64,000 nt of DNA from an uncultured Haloferula sp. (GCA_965652295.1 CBFGTS010000004.1:224001-288000), one strand, 5' to 3'; counted from the stretch's first letter, positions 49,360 to 58,660 are shown. Numbers and translations are program-made. The notes: a model not told the origin generated them from the sequence alone.

Positions 49360-50781
49360 CTATGTCTGCTTCGCCTTGTGTTGCTTGAAGATGGCGAGAG
49401 TGCGTTCGCGCTCGTTTTTGTGATCGACGATGGGCAGTGGGTACCCGGCCGCGAGCGGGACTCCATCGGAGGGGGGATGGTGGAAGCGATCGGCGGAAAC
49501 ATTCGCCAGCTCGGGCACCCATTTCCGGATGTAGGCACCGTCGGGATCGTGGCGGGCCGACTGGGACCAAGGGTTCTGGATGCGGAAATAGGGGGCGGCG
49601 TCGGCACCGGTTCCGGCCGACCATTGCCAGCCTCCGTTGTTGGAGGCGATCTCGCCATCGACGAGCTGCTGCATGAAGTAGCTTTCGCCGAGCCGCCAAT
49701 CCACGTGGAGATCCTTGGTCAGGAACATGGCGGTGATCATGCGCAGGCGGTTGTGCATGAAACCGGTTGCCCGCAGCTGGCGCATGCCGGCATCGACGAT
49801 GGGAAATCCGGTAAGGCCGTCTTTCCAGGCCTCGAAAAGATGGCCGGGCTCATCCCATGGGAGGCCGCGCCAGACGGGGTTGAATTCCTCCTCCAGCACG
49901 TTCGGAAAGTGGTGGAGAATCGCCATGTAGAACTCCCGCCAGGCGAGTTCCTTGATGAAGGTCTCGATGCTCTCTTTGCTGGAAGCGGACCGGGTGCGGG
50001 CGAGAGCCTTGGCAGCCTCGGCGTAGACCTTGCGGATGGAGAGGAGGCCGAAACGGAGATCCTGCGAGAGGCGTGAGGTGCGCTCGATGGCGGGAACGTC
50101 GCGGGTCTTCTGGTAAGTGGAAATCCTGTGGTCGATGGCGGTTCTCAGTCGCTCCAGCGCCGCCCGTTCGCCGCCTTCAAGAACTCCTTCGGCCGGACCG
50201 GAAATCCTCCAGTGTCCGAGGGTCGGAAGCTCCTCCGACTGGATGCCGGCCGGGGTGTTGAGGGACTTCGGTTTCCCTTCGGGTGCCGCTTTCGGGAGGG
50301 AAAGCCAGTTCCTCGAATAGGGGGTAAAGACGCGGTAGGGGTCGCCCGACTGGGTCAGGACCTCATGCGGTCCGTGAAGCGTGTGATCGTGGAATCCGTG
50401 GCACTCGATGCCCCACGTGCGGCAGGCCGCGTGCAGCTGCTTCTCGACGGATCGGCCGTAGGGGTCGGGATCGAGATTGAAATAAACGGCCGTGGCGCGG
50501 GTTTCGCGGACGAGCTTTCCGAGTTCCGCTACGGCCTCGCCGTTCCGGACGATCAGACGTCCGCCCACGGTTTCCAAGTTCCGCGCCAGCGACTTGAGCG
50601 AACGGCACAGATGCGATTGCCGGTTGGGGCCGGTCCACGCGTGGGCTTCCTTCCACGTGGTTGTCACATATACGGGAACGACCGCATCCGACGCCCCGGC
50701 GGCTCGCAAGAGGGCGGGGTTGTCAGAGATGCGGAGATCGCGGCGGAACCAGTGGATGGCCGGGGGAGGAGCGCTCGGCAT
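49360..50781 (-). CDS. phrB: Deoxyribodipyrimidine photolyase / cryptochrome family
   Basis: WFRRDLR..DN, TSRLS..L.FG, WREFY, G.TGFPIVDAGMRQL..TG.MHNR.RM, N.GGWQW.A. Confidence 0.9.
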   Translation of the reverse strand: MPSAPPPAIHWFRRDLRISDNPALLRAAGASDAVVPVYVTTTWKEAHAWTGPNRQSHLCRSLKSLARNLETVGGRLIVRNGEAVAELGKLVRETRATAVYFNLDPDPYGRSVEKQLHAACRTWGIECHGFHDHTLHGPHEVLTQSGDPYRVFTPYSRNWLSLPKAAPEGKPKSLNTPAGIQSEELPTLGHWRISGPAEGVLEGGERAALERLRTAIDHRISTYQKTRDVPAIERTSRLSQDLRFGLLSIRKVYAEAAKALARTRSASSKESIETFIKELAWREFYMAILHHFPNVLEEEFNPVWRGLPWDEPGHLFEAWKDGLTGFPIVDAGMRQLRATGFMHNRLRMITAMFLTKDLHVDWRLGESYFMQQLVDGEIASNNGGWQWSAGTGADAAPYFRIQNPWSQSARHDPDGAYIRKWVPELANVSADRFHHPPSDGVPLAAGYPLPIVDHKNERERTLAIFKQHKAKQT

Positions 50782-50787
50782 GGGTGG

Positions 50788-51048
50788 TCAGGAACGCGAG
50801 AGGATCTTCTCGATCTTCCTGACCGTCGAGTCGCTGAGCTTCCCTTGCACCCGGCGGGAACGGGAAATGACGTCTTTGACCTCTTCCAGTGCGGCTTCGG
50901 CGGCTTCGAGAGCTTTCTTGCCGCTGCCGTACTGCTTGTCGGAATAATACTTCGTAAACGTCGCGCCTCCACGGCTGATGCAGAGGCGCCAGCCTTGGAA
51001 TGCGGTATTCTCGTAAGTGAACCGGGTCAGGTTCCGCTTGGACTTCAT
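50788..51048 (-). CDS. Small basic protein, AP2-like DNA-binding fold suspected
   Basis: 86 aa: GWRLCISRGG..F.KYYSDKQYG....AL.AA; ends 6 nt before the photolyase start. Confidence 0.7.
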   Translation of the reverse strand: MKSKRNLTRFTYENTAFQGWRLCISRGGATFTKYYSDKQYGSGKKALEAAEAALEEVKDVISRSRRVQGKLSDSTVRKIEKILSRS

Positions 51049-51342
51049 CGCGGGTGATTGGGTGGTGGACGCGGCTTTCACGCCGTACCATACCACCCGG
51101 CCTCGAGAACGCGACCGGATTTTAATTTCGCGCAAATTTCTGTTGGAGGGGCCCTGATAGAGGTTCCGGAGGCTGCCGAAAAACCGGCGGATCCGCGGAA
51201 AATTTGCTTTGCCAATCCGGGGGGCATCCCCTTTAGTCCCCGCCCGCGCGATCCAACCGAACCGCCGTTGGTCCCTCGGAGGTGGATGATTCCCATCACC
51301 ACTCCTGCGCGCCGAGGGGAAACCCGGCACATCGAACCTACC

Positions 51343-52425
51343 ATGTCAACGACCACACTGTCTCGCTTCGAGATTCCGAACCGCCTCGTCCGCAACGAGG
51401 AGACCGCGACCGATACCTACGCCCAGTTTGTGGCGGAACCCTTCGAGCGCGGCTACGGCCACACGCTCGGCAACTCGCTGCGTCGCGTGCTTCTCGGCTC
51501 CCTGGAAGGTGCCGCCATCACCTCCGTCCGCATCGCGGGCGTGCAGCATGAGTTCTCCAGTCTTCCCGGCGTGGTGGAGGATGTCACCGACATCATCCTC
51601 AACCTCAAGAAGGTGAAGTTCAAACACCACGGCAAGGAGGCCCGCATCCTGACCCTCAAGGTCGAGAAAGAAGGCGTCGTGACTGCTGGTGACATTCAGG
51701 AGGACAACCACTACGAGGTCGTCAACAAGGACCAGGTCATCTGCCACCTCGACAAGAAGGTGAAGTTCGACTGCGAGTTCGAAGTCCGCGTCGGCCGTGG
51801 TTTCTCCACCGGCGATGAGAACAAGCGCAAGGACCAGCCGATCGGCGTGATCGCCATCGACTCGATTTTCTCCCCCGTGACCCGCGTCAAGTATGCCGTC
51901 GACTCGACCCGTGTGGGTCAGATGACCGACTTCGACAAGCTGGTCCTCGACATCTGGACGGACGGCCGCATCACCCCGCAGGACTCGCTCTTGCAGGCAT
52001 CCGCGATTCTCCGCCACCACCTTGATGTGTTCGTCAACTACGACGAGAACGCCGTTTCCTTCGAGGAAGCCCCGGCCGAAGCCAGCGAGGAGAACGCCGC
52101 GCTCAAGAAGCTTCTCAACATGTCGGTGAACGAGATCGAGCTTTCGGTCCGTGCCGCCAACTGCCTCAACAACGCGAACATCACCTCGGTGGGCCAGCTC
52201 GCGATGAAGACCGAGGCGGAAATGCTCAAGTACCGCAACTTCGGCAAGAAGTCGCTCAACGAAATCAAGGACAAGCTTTCCGAACTCGGCCTCGGCCTGG
52301 GAATGTCGCTGGATCCGTCGCTGCTCACCGGTCCGGTGGGAGCCACGCCGGCGCCGCGCCTGGGTGTCGAAGACGAGGCTCCGGTCGGACTTGCCGACCT
52401 GATCGCCCAGAATCTCGACGACTAA
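51343..52425 (+). CDS. rpoA: RNA polymerase alpha subunit
   Basis: EPFERGYGHTLGNSLRR.LL.S..G, HEFS.LPGV.ED, DSIFSPV, LSVRA.NCL, NFG.KSL.EI. Confidence 0.97.
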   Translation: MSTTTLSRFEIPNRLVRNEETATDTYAQFVAEPFERGYGHTLGNSLRRVLLGSLEGAAITSVRIAGVQHEFSSLPGVVEDVTDIILNLKKVKFKHHGKEARILTLKVEKEGVVTAGDIQEDNHYEVVNKDQVICHLDKKVKFDCEFEVRVGRGFSTGDENKRKDQPIGVIAIDSIFSPVTRVKYAVDSTRVGQMTDFDKLVLDIWTDGRITPQDSLLQASAILRHHLDVFVNYDENAVSFEEAPAEASEENAALKKLLNMSVNEIELSVRAANCLNNANITSVGQLAMKTEAEMLKYRNFGKKSLNEIKDKLSELGLGLGMSLDPSLLTGPVGATPAPRLGVEDEAPVGLADLIAQNLDD

Positions 52426-52449
52426 CCATTTAAGGAAGGGAAACACCCG

Positions 52450-52929
52450 ATGAGACACCGTAGCAAAACCGTCAAACTGAAGCGCACCGCCGACCACCGT
52501 CGGGCGCTCCTCGCCAATCTGGCATGCAGCCTGATCGAGCACGGTCGGATCCGCACGACCCTTGCGAAAGCCAAGGCTCTCCGCCCGGTGGCGGAAAAGC
52601 TGGTGACGCTCGGCAAGCGCGGCGACCTGCACGCACGCCGCCAAGCCATCGCCTTCCTGCGTCACAAGGACGTGGCGAAGAAGCTGTTCGAAGAAGTCGC
52701 CCCGCTCGCCAAGGACCGACCGGGTGGTTATTGCCGGATCACCAAGCTTGGTGCCCGCATGACCGACTCCGCGCTGATGGCGGTGATCGAATGGGTCGAC
52801 CAGCCGGACGCTGCCGAGGAGGAAGCCGTCGCGGTGGAAGCCAAGGCTGAAGAGGCCCCGGCCGCCGAGGAGGCAGCTCCTGCGAAGGAGGAATCCGAGG
52901 CTGCCGAAGCTTCGGAGAAGAAGGACTGA
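52450..52929 (+). CDS. rplQ: 50S ribosomal protein L17
   Basis: MRHR....KL.R...HR.AL..N, I.TT..KAK, R.GGY.RI.K; acidic Ala/Glu tail. Confidence 0.96.
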   Translation: MRHRSKTVKLKRTADHRRALLANLACSLIEHGRIRTTLAKAKALRPVAEKLVTLGKRGDLHARRQAIAFLRHKDVAKKLFEEVAPLAKDRPGGYCRITKLGARMTDSALMAVIEWVDQPDAAEEEAVAVEAKAEEAPAAEEAAPAKEESEAAEASEKKD

Positions 52930-52952
52930 GTTCTTCCGCCAACCACGATCTC

Positions 52953-52988
52953 AAAGCGCCCGCGGGTTTCTCCCGCGGGCGCTTTTTT
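52953..52988 (+). terminator. Intrinsic (probably bidirectional) terminator after rplQ
   Basis: AAAGCGCCCGCGGG-TTTCT-CCCGCGGGCGCTTT followed by a T-run. Confidence 0.85.
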
Positions 52989-53050
52989 GTTGAAAATGGA
53001 TGGGAGAGATGAGTCTTCGAGGCGGGAGCTTTGAGTTTCCCAGTGAGGCA

Positions 53051-53078
53051 AAAGCGGCGATGAATCGTCGCAGTCTAG
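53051..53078. repeat. REP-like hairpin at the 3' end of the PEP-CTERM gene
   Basis: AAAGCGGCGAT-GA-ATCGTCGCAGTCTAG imperfect palindrome. Confidence 0.4.
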
Positions 53079-54829
53079 AGTCGGCGACGTCGGAGCAGAG
53101 GAAGGGCGAAGCCGAGCAAAAGCAGGCTGCGGGGTTCGGGAACTGCGGTCGCGGTGGGGACGCTCCAGTGGATGTCGAGGGTCTCTGCGGTGAGATCGAC
53201 CCACCACACCGGGTCGGTCGACGCATTGAAGCTGTCGCCCGGATTGATCCGGGTGCCTTGGCCGGAGGTGAAGCCCGTGAGGCTGTAGTTGCTGCCGGTC
53301 AGGGACGAGGCGGTGATCAGATTGATGGTGCCCCTCTGGATGCCGGCACCACCACGCGAACCCAAGTCGAGGTCGTAGCCATCGATCAGCAGCCCGTCCA
53401 AGGTGAGGCTTCCGTTGACGATGAGGCGTTCCAGCCGGTGATCCAGATCAAGGACGGCTCCAGGGCCTGCGGTGAAGGTCCCGGTGGCGTGGATTTCGCT
53501 CTGCGGCGAGTAGGCGGTGAGCGTTCCCCCGCTGCTCCAGATCAAGCGATCGGCTGTGCCGCGGTTGATGAGCGCGCCATCGATGGCGAGTGAACCACCT
53601 GTCAGTCGATAGGTGGAATATCCGCTTCCCACATCGACATTGCCCGCCACCCGGATGGTTCCGGCGCTTTGGTGGACGGTGGCTCCGCTGCCGGTCGCCA
53701 GATTCCCTCCAACGGAAAGAGCGGTTCCGGAAAGATGAAGAACGGTGTCCCAGTCGTCGACCTTCAGGTTGCCACCGATGTGGGCTGACCCGCCGGTGAA
53801 ACGGGCGGTGGTGCTGAGGTTGAGTCCGAGATCACTTCCGGTGGAGAAGCTGCCGCCGGAAAGATCGAAGTTGGAGTGGTAGCCATTGCTGACGCCGAAG
53901 GTGGCGGTGCCTGCGAACTGGCTGACGCCGCCGGACTGGGTGAAGGTTCCGGAGTTTCCTCTGCCTACCTCCAGAAGACCGCCTTGTAGGGTTCCTCCGG
54001 AAAGCTCAACCTGGGATCCGCCTGCGGAGGATGATGCGCCGACCTTGATCGCTCCGCCGGTGGAGAAAGTGCCGCCGGACTGGCTGAAGCTGGCGGTCGA
54101 TGACTGCCCCACGGTCAAAGAGCCGGTTTCGATGCGGCCGGAAGAGAGGGAGGCCGAGCTGCCGGCGGTGGCACCGCTCCGGCCGATGACGGTGTCGCCC
54201 CCGACGAGCAAGCGGCCGCCCGCCACCTTGAGGTGGCCCTTCGTCACGCGTCCGATGTCCAGGTTTTCCTCAACGCTCCAAGAGCCTCCGGTGAGATGGA
54301 CCGGGGAATCCGACCCACCCCAACCTGTGGCGATGCCGGCACTCCGGTCGGAGGTCACCGTGCCGCCGGAAATCACGAGCGTGGCGGATGCTAGGTCGCC
54401 GACTTCGAGCTCGTGGCCGATGGTGAGGGTGGATTCGTCCGCGACGCTGAAGGTGGTCGATGCCGCATTCCAAACGCCGGAGAGCGTCAGGTCTCCCTTG
54501 ACGTCCATCCTGGCGGCATCGGAAAGGGTGACGGTGGCAGCCGAGGCCGTAAGATGGTTCTGGGAGGCAACCCGGGCCGTGCCGCCCATGGCCAGATTGG
54601 TGCCGTCCAAGTCGCCGCGGTTCCGGATGGTGGCAGTGGCGGCACCGGAAATGGAGCCGACATTGCCCGGACCGGATAGGCCGGCGGACCAGTTCGAGGC
54701 AGAGTCGATCAGTCCTCCTGACGGGCCGCCTGTCCACACGGTGACTCCTGCGCACGGGGATGCGCATGAAAGGAGGGTGCACAGGCAAAGGGGAAGACCA
54801 ACCGAACGGGGGTGTTCGGGAGGTAGCAT
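53075..54829 (-). CDS. PEP-CTERM sorting domain protein with Gly/Ser/Thr-rich beta-repeat body
   Basis: C-terminal VPEPRSLLLLGFALPLLRRRRL; signal-like N-terminus; repeated L.VG......SGG units. Confidence 0.9.
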   Translation of the reverse strand: MLPPEHPRSVGLPLCLCTLLSCASPCAGVTVWTGGPSGGLIDSASNWSAGLSGPGNVGSISGAATATIRNRGDLDGTNLAMGGTARVASQNHLTASAATVTLSDAARMDVKGDLTLSGVWNAASTTFSVADESTLTIGHELEVGDLASATLVISGGTVTSDRSAGIATGWGGSDSPVHLTGGSWSVEENLDIGRVTKGHLKVAGGRLLVGGDTVIGRSGATAGSSASLSSGRIETGSLTVGQSSTASFSQSGGTFSTGGAIKVGASSSAGGSQVELSGGTLQGGLLEVGRGNSGTFTQSGGVSQFAGTATFGVSNGYHSNFDLSGGSFSTGSDLGLNLSTTARFTGGSAHIGGNLKVDDWDTVLHLSGTALSVGGNLATGSGATVHQSAGTIRVAGNVDVGSGYSTYRLTGGSLAIDGALINRGTADRLIWSSGGTLTAYSPQSEIHATGTFTAGPGAVLDLDHRLERLIVNGSLTLDGLLIDGYDLDLGSRGGAGIQRGTINLITASSLTGSNYSLTGFTSGQGTRINPGDSFNASTDPVWWVDLTAETLDIHWSVPTATAVPEPRSLLLLGFALPLLRRRRL

Positions 54830-54903
54830 GGGGGCTGCCGCCTGTTTATTACCCGATTTTAGATAATCAAGGTCTTTTAACTAAAAATTTCAAAAATCTT
54901 TGA

Positions 54904-55353
54904 TCAAGAGGGGGAGTGGCCCTCGGAATGAGTGGCGCAGTGGTCGCAGCGGACCCACCCGGAGGTGCCATCGGTGAAATGTTCCTTTTTCCAGATGGGG
55001 ACCCGCGCCTTTACTTCGTCGATGATGTATCGGCAGGCGTCGAAGGCGGCGTCCCGGTGGGCGGCGGAAACGCAGACGACGACGGCGAGACCACCGATTC
55101 CGATCTCTCCGATGCGGTGGATGCAGGACGCGTGGAGGATTTCGAAGCGTTCCCGGGCCTCCGTGAGAATGCGCTGACCTTCCTTTTCCGCGAGCGGTGC
55201 GTAGGCTTCGTATTCGAGGTGATCCACGCAGCGACCTTCGTGATGGTTGCGGACCCAGCCTTCGAACGAGCAGAAGCCGCCGGCCGCGGGATCGAGAACG
55301 GCGTCGCGGAGGGCTTGGGGGTCGAGGGGGGTGGACTGAATGTGAAAGGACAT
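54904..55353 (-). CDS. moaE: Molybdopterin synthase catalytic subunit
   Basis: F.G.VRN, LEYEAY, HR.G, SA.HR..AF.AC...ID..K..VPIWKKE. Confidence 0.93.
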   Translation of the reverse strand: MSFHIQSTPLDPQALRDAVLDPAAGGFCSFEGWVRNHHEGRCVDHLEYEAYAPLAEKEGQRILTEARERFEILHASCIHRIGEIGIGGLAVVVCVSAAHRDAAFDACRYIIDEVKARVPIWKKEHFTDGTSGWVRCDHCATHSEGHSPS

Positions 55354-55363
55354 GAGGATGGCG

Positions 55364-56182
55364 CTAACCCCCGGCGACGGGTGGAATGAAGACGATCTCG
55401 TCCCCGGCTTCGAGAAGCGTGGACCATTCGCAGAAATCACCGTTGCGGGCGCAGCGGAGGGCGCTGGATTCGAGGGGCAGACGGTGGAGGAAGCGCAGCT
55501 CCTCGTAGAGGCCGCCGACGGTGCAGGCGAGGGTTTCGAAGTTTTCTTCGTCAAGCCCCCGCGCCTCGCGCAGCTTGGCGAAGTAGAGGATCTTGACCGG
55601 CTTCGGGCGCACGCCGTGGCGGAGCTTGGTGAAGGCTTCGTCGAGTTCGGTCGGGGAGTTGGCGTTGTCGAGTGCCGCGGGGTGAGGGAGGTCGACCAGG
55701 GCGGGTTCGAGGGCTTCGAGGAAGTGGCGGGCGCAGAGTTTTTGGCGGGCGACGACCTCGGCGACGCGGGACAGGGACGATGGCTCGAAAATGGCACACA
55801 GGGGCTCCGGTCGGCCGTCGAGCCGGTTCGGGAAGCAAGTGGCGGGGCGGGATGGATCCCGGTGTTCGAGCAGATGCCCGAGGGTCGCCGGGTCGAGGAG
55901 GAAGAGATCGCAGCCGAGAAGCAGAACCGCTTCGGAGGGATGCGCGGTGTGGAAGGCTTCCAAGGCGGCGAGTGGTCCGCTGCCGGGATGGAGGTCGGCG
56001 AGGGTGGGCACTCCAGGAGGGGAGAGATCGGGCTCGTTGGTGGACACGATCACGTCCTCGGTGACAGAGCGGGCAAGGGTCAGGAGATGGTTGATTTGAC
56101 GGATGCCATCGGGGCGGAGAATCGTGGCCTTGTCGCGGCCCATGCGGCGGCTGCGACCACCGGCGAGAATGAGGGTTTTCAT
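55364..56182 (-). CDS. Moco guanylyltransferase MobA fused to sulfur carrier MoaD
   Basis: ILAGG.S.RMG.DKA, GPL, CD, EPL.A, N.N.P then YFA.LRE..G...FIPPVAGG C-terminus. Confidence 0.88.
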   Translation of the reverse strand: MKTLILAGGRSRRMGRDKATILRPDGIRQINHLLTLARSVTEDVIVSTNEPDLSPPGVPTLADLHPGSGPLAALEAFHTAHPSEAVLLLGCDLFLLDPATLGHLLEHRDPSRPATCFPNRLDGRPEPLCAIFEPSSLSRVAEVVARQKLCARHFLEALEPALVDLPHPAALDNANSPTELDEAFTKLRHGVRPKPVKILYFAKLREARGLDEENFETLACTVGGLYEELRFLHRLPLESSALRCARNGDFCEWSTLLEAGDEIVFIPPVAGG

Positions 56183-56289
56183 AAAAGCTGAAACACTGAA
56201 ATGGTGAAAAACTGAAAGGCGAAGCGCCGGAGAAGCTGAGGGAGCGCGGGTTTTGACTTCAGCATCTCAGCTTTTTGGCTTTTCAGCGT
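56183..56289. repeat. Inverted pair of octamer tandem arrays
   Basis: AAAAGCTG AAACACTG AAATGGTG AAAAACTG ... TTCAGCAT CTCAGCTT TTTGGCTT TTCAGCGT. Confidence 0.75.
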
Positions 56290-56755
56290 TTACCCGGAAG
56301 TCGGACTTGCCGCCGGTCTTTTCGAGCAGGCGGATCTGGGAGATGACGATGGCGGGATCAAGGGCCTTGCACATGTCGTGCAGGGTGAGGGCGGCGATCG
56401 AGACCCCGGTCAGGGCCTCCATTTCGACGCCGGTTTTTCCCGTGGTCTTGGCGGTGCAGCGGATCGTCGCGGTGCGGTCGGCGAAGGTGATGTCGATCTT
56501 GACGCTGTCGAGCGGCAGCGGATGGCAGAGGGGAATGAGGTTGCTGGTCTGTTTGGCGCCCATGACCCCGGCGAGGATCGCGGTTTGGAAGACCGGACCT
56601 TTTTTTGAAACCAGGTCGGTGCCGTCGAATTGCGCGGCGACGGCTTCATTGACCGTGACCTGGGCTTCGGCGGTGGCAACGCGGGTGGTGATCTCCTTGC
56701 TGGAGACGTCGACCATGGAGGCTTTGTTGGATTCGTCGATGTGGGAGAGGGACAT
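56267..56755 (-). CDS. moaC: Cyclic pyranopterin monophosphate synthase
   Basis: MVDVS.K..T.R.A.A, LIPLCHP, KTGVEMEAL, DMCKA, KTGGKS. Confidence 0.95.
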   Translation of the reverse strand: MSLSHIDESNKASMVDVSSKEITTRVATAEAQVTVNEAVAAQFDGTDLVSKKGPVFQTAILAGVMGAKQTSNLIPLCHPLPLDSVKIDITFADRTATIRCTAKTTGKTGVEMEALTGVSIAALTLHDMCKALDPAIVISQIRLLEKTGGKSDFRVNAEKPKS

Positions 56756-56770
56756 GAGAGGGGCGGGTGA

Positions 56771-57934
56771 TCAGTGAGCGGTGATCAGTGGGAAATAGGT
56801 GACGAGGGTGTTCATCTCAAAGCTCGGAGCGGGCGGGATTTCCAGAAAGCCGGCGAGGCTTGAGACCGAGACGAAGTCGCCGGAATTGCGGGGTGGCAAG
56901 GGATTTCCGGCAGCATCGAGACCGAGGAACCAGGCGAGCTTGGGGAGCGGTGCGATGCCTTCGGGGATCAGGCATCGGCGGGCATGGGGTTCGCGGCCCT
57001 GGCGTCGGACGAGGTGGGGAAGCACGTAGCGGGTGAAGGTGGCCAGGACCGAAACGGGATTGCCGGGGAGGGCGAAAACGGTCGGGGGGCCGGGCCAGAA
57101 GGCGAACGGTTTGCCGGGGCGCTGGCGGACGCCGTGGAAGGCGGGCGGGCCCAGCTTTTCCTCAAGCAGCGGGCGGATGAGGTCGCGTTTTCCCTTGGAA
57201 ATGCCGCCGCAGAGGATGAGGACATCGGCGCTTTCGAGCGCTTCGTGGAGGACGCGACGCGAGGTGCCAGGTTCGTCGGGAATGTGGTGGGGGACGGGAT
57301 CGTGACCGAGATGGCGCAGCATGGCTTCGAGCATGGGGCCATTGGAGCGACGGATCTGCCACGGCTCGGGAGTCGCGGTGATCTCGACCACTTCGTCGCC
57401 GCTGGTGATGAGTGCGATGCGGGGGAGGGCGGCGACTTCGGGATGGGAGACGCCAACGGATGCGGCGATGGCGACCTCGGCGGGTCCGATGAGACGGCCG
57501 GCGGGGACGAGGATGTCGCCCGCTTTGGCGTCGCTGCCTGCGGTGTGGATGAACTGGCCGGGTTGGAAAGGCTCACGGACGTTGGAGAAGTCGTCGCTGA
57601 GATCCTCGTAAGGGATGACGGTGTCGCAATCGGCGGGGACGCACGCTCCGGTCATGATTTCCCAGGCGTGGTGGGGTTTGAGAGGAGGTGGGGGAGGATC
57701 GCCCGCGGCGTGGAGACCTTGGATCTGGATGGGGCTTTGGCGGATGGAATCCGCCGCCACGGCGATGCCGTCCATCATCGAGCGTGGATAGGGAGGGAGA
57801 TCTCGATCCGCCGTAAGGGAAGTGGCCAGGGTTCTGCCAATGGCATCGGCCAGCGACACGCGCTCGATGGGGATTGGCGGACGGCCCCGCGCAATGATGG
57901 CGTCGGCTTCGGCGGTGGAGATGAGGCGATCCAC
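56771..57934 (-). CDS. moeA: Molybdopterin molybdotransferase
   Basis: PP...SMMDG.A, IMTGA..P, SGDE, SN, GG.S.G..D, RPGKP, LPGNPVS. Confidence 0.92.
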   Translation of the reverse strand: MDRLISTAEADAIIARGRPPIPIERVSLADAIGRTLATSLTADRDLPPYPRSMMDGIAVAADSIRQSPIQIQGLHAAGDPPPPPLKPHHAWEIMTGACVPADCDTVIPYEDLSDDFSNVREPFQPGQFIHTAGSDAKAGDILVPAGRLIGPAEVAIAASVGVSHPEVAALPRIALITSGDEVVEITATPEPWQIRRSNGPMLEAMLRHLGHDPVPHHIPDEPGTSRRVLHEALESADVLILCGGISKGKRDLIRPLLEEKLGPPAFHGVRQRPGKPFAFWPGPPTVFALPGNPVSVLATFTRYVLPHLVRRQGREPHARRCLIPEGIAPLPKLAWFLGLDAAGNPLPPRNSGDFVSVSSLAGFLEIPPAPSFEMNTLVTYFPLITAH

Positions 57935-57995
57935 GAGCGGTGTCGGTTGGGGTCAACTGGAAAGGTCGTCGCGAAGGAGCGGATTCGCCGTCGGT

Positions 57996-58493
57996 CTAGC
58001 GCGTTTTCGGGCGGGGCTCGATTTGGACGGGGCCCGTGCGCAGGGTTCCTGAGACGAGAATGCGGCAGCGCAGGCCGCCACGGCCTTTCATGAGGGCCTC
58101 GGTGCCCGGCCTGCCGCAGGCACGGTCCATCCAGTAGCAGGGACTGCATTCCTGCGTGCCTTCCAACAGGATGCCGTTGAGCTCGAAACGTTCGCCCACC
58201 AGCGAGTTGAGATCGATACCGGAGATCACCACATTGCGCCGGAAAGCGGAGGCGGGCAGACCGGGGTTGCCGGCGTGGTCGCGGATGGCATCGACCACGG
58301 CGAGGTCGATGAAGGTGACCTGACCCTTGTAGTCGTCCTTGAAATCGAAGAAGCGGTCGCCGGGGATACCGCGGCCGGCCACGAGTTCGATCGCCTCGTG
58401 CTCCTCGATTCCGTGCTCTCCGGGAGGTTTTTCGTGGTGGCCGAAGTAATTGTGGCCCGCCGAGGTGTAGAGGTGGTGGATCGTCGCGGTCAC
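57996..58493 (-). CDS. MOSC domain protein
   Basis: G.GI.GDR, FRRNVV..G.DL..L.G..F, C.PC..MD, GRGGLR.RIL..G; GTG start inferred. Confidence 0.8.
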   Translation of the reverse strand: MTATIHHLYTSAGHNYFGHHEKPPGEHGIEEHEAIELVAGRGIPGDRFFDFKDDYKGQVTFIDLAVVDAIRDHAGNPGLPASAFRRNVVISGIDLNSLVGERFELNGILLEGTQECSPCYWMDRACGRPGTEALMKGRGGLRCRILVSGTLRTGPVQIEPRPKTR

Positions 58494-58660
58494 GGAGATG
58501 AGTTTCGTCGGATTGAAGGGAACATCAAGGGCCTGCGCACGGCTTGCGGAAGACGGCGCGGGGCTTGCGCGGGAGGGCGAATGATCTTCTCCCCGGCGCC
58601 GAGGGTCCGGAGTATTGCGGAGAGGGACTCCGCGCACTGCGAAGCCCCCCGCAACTCATC

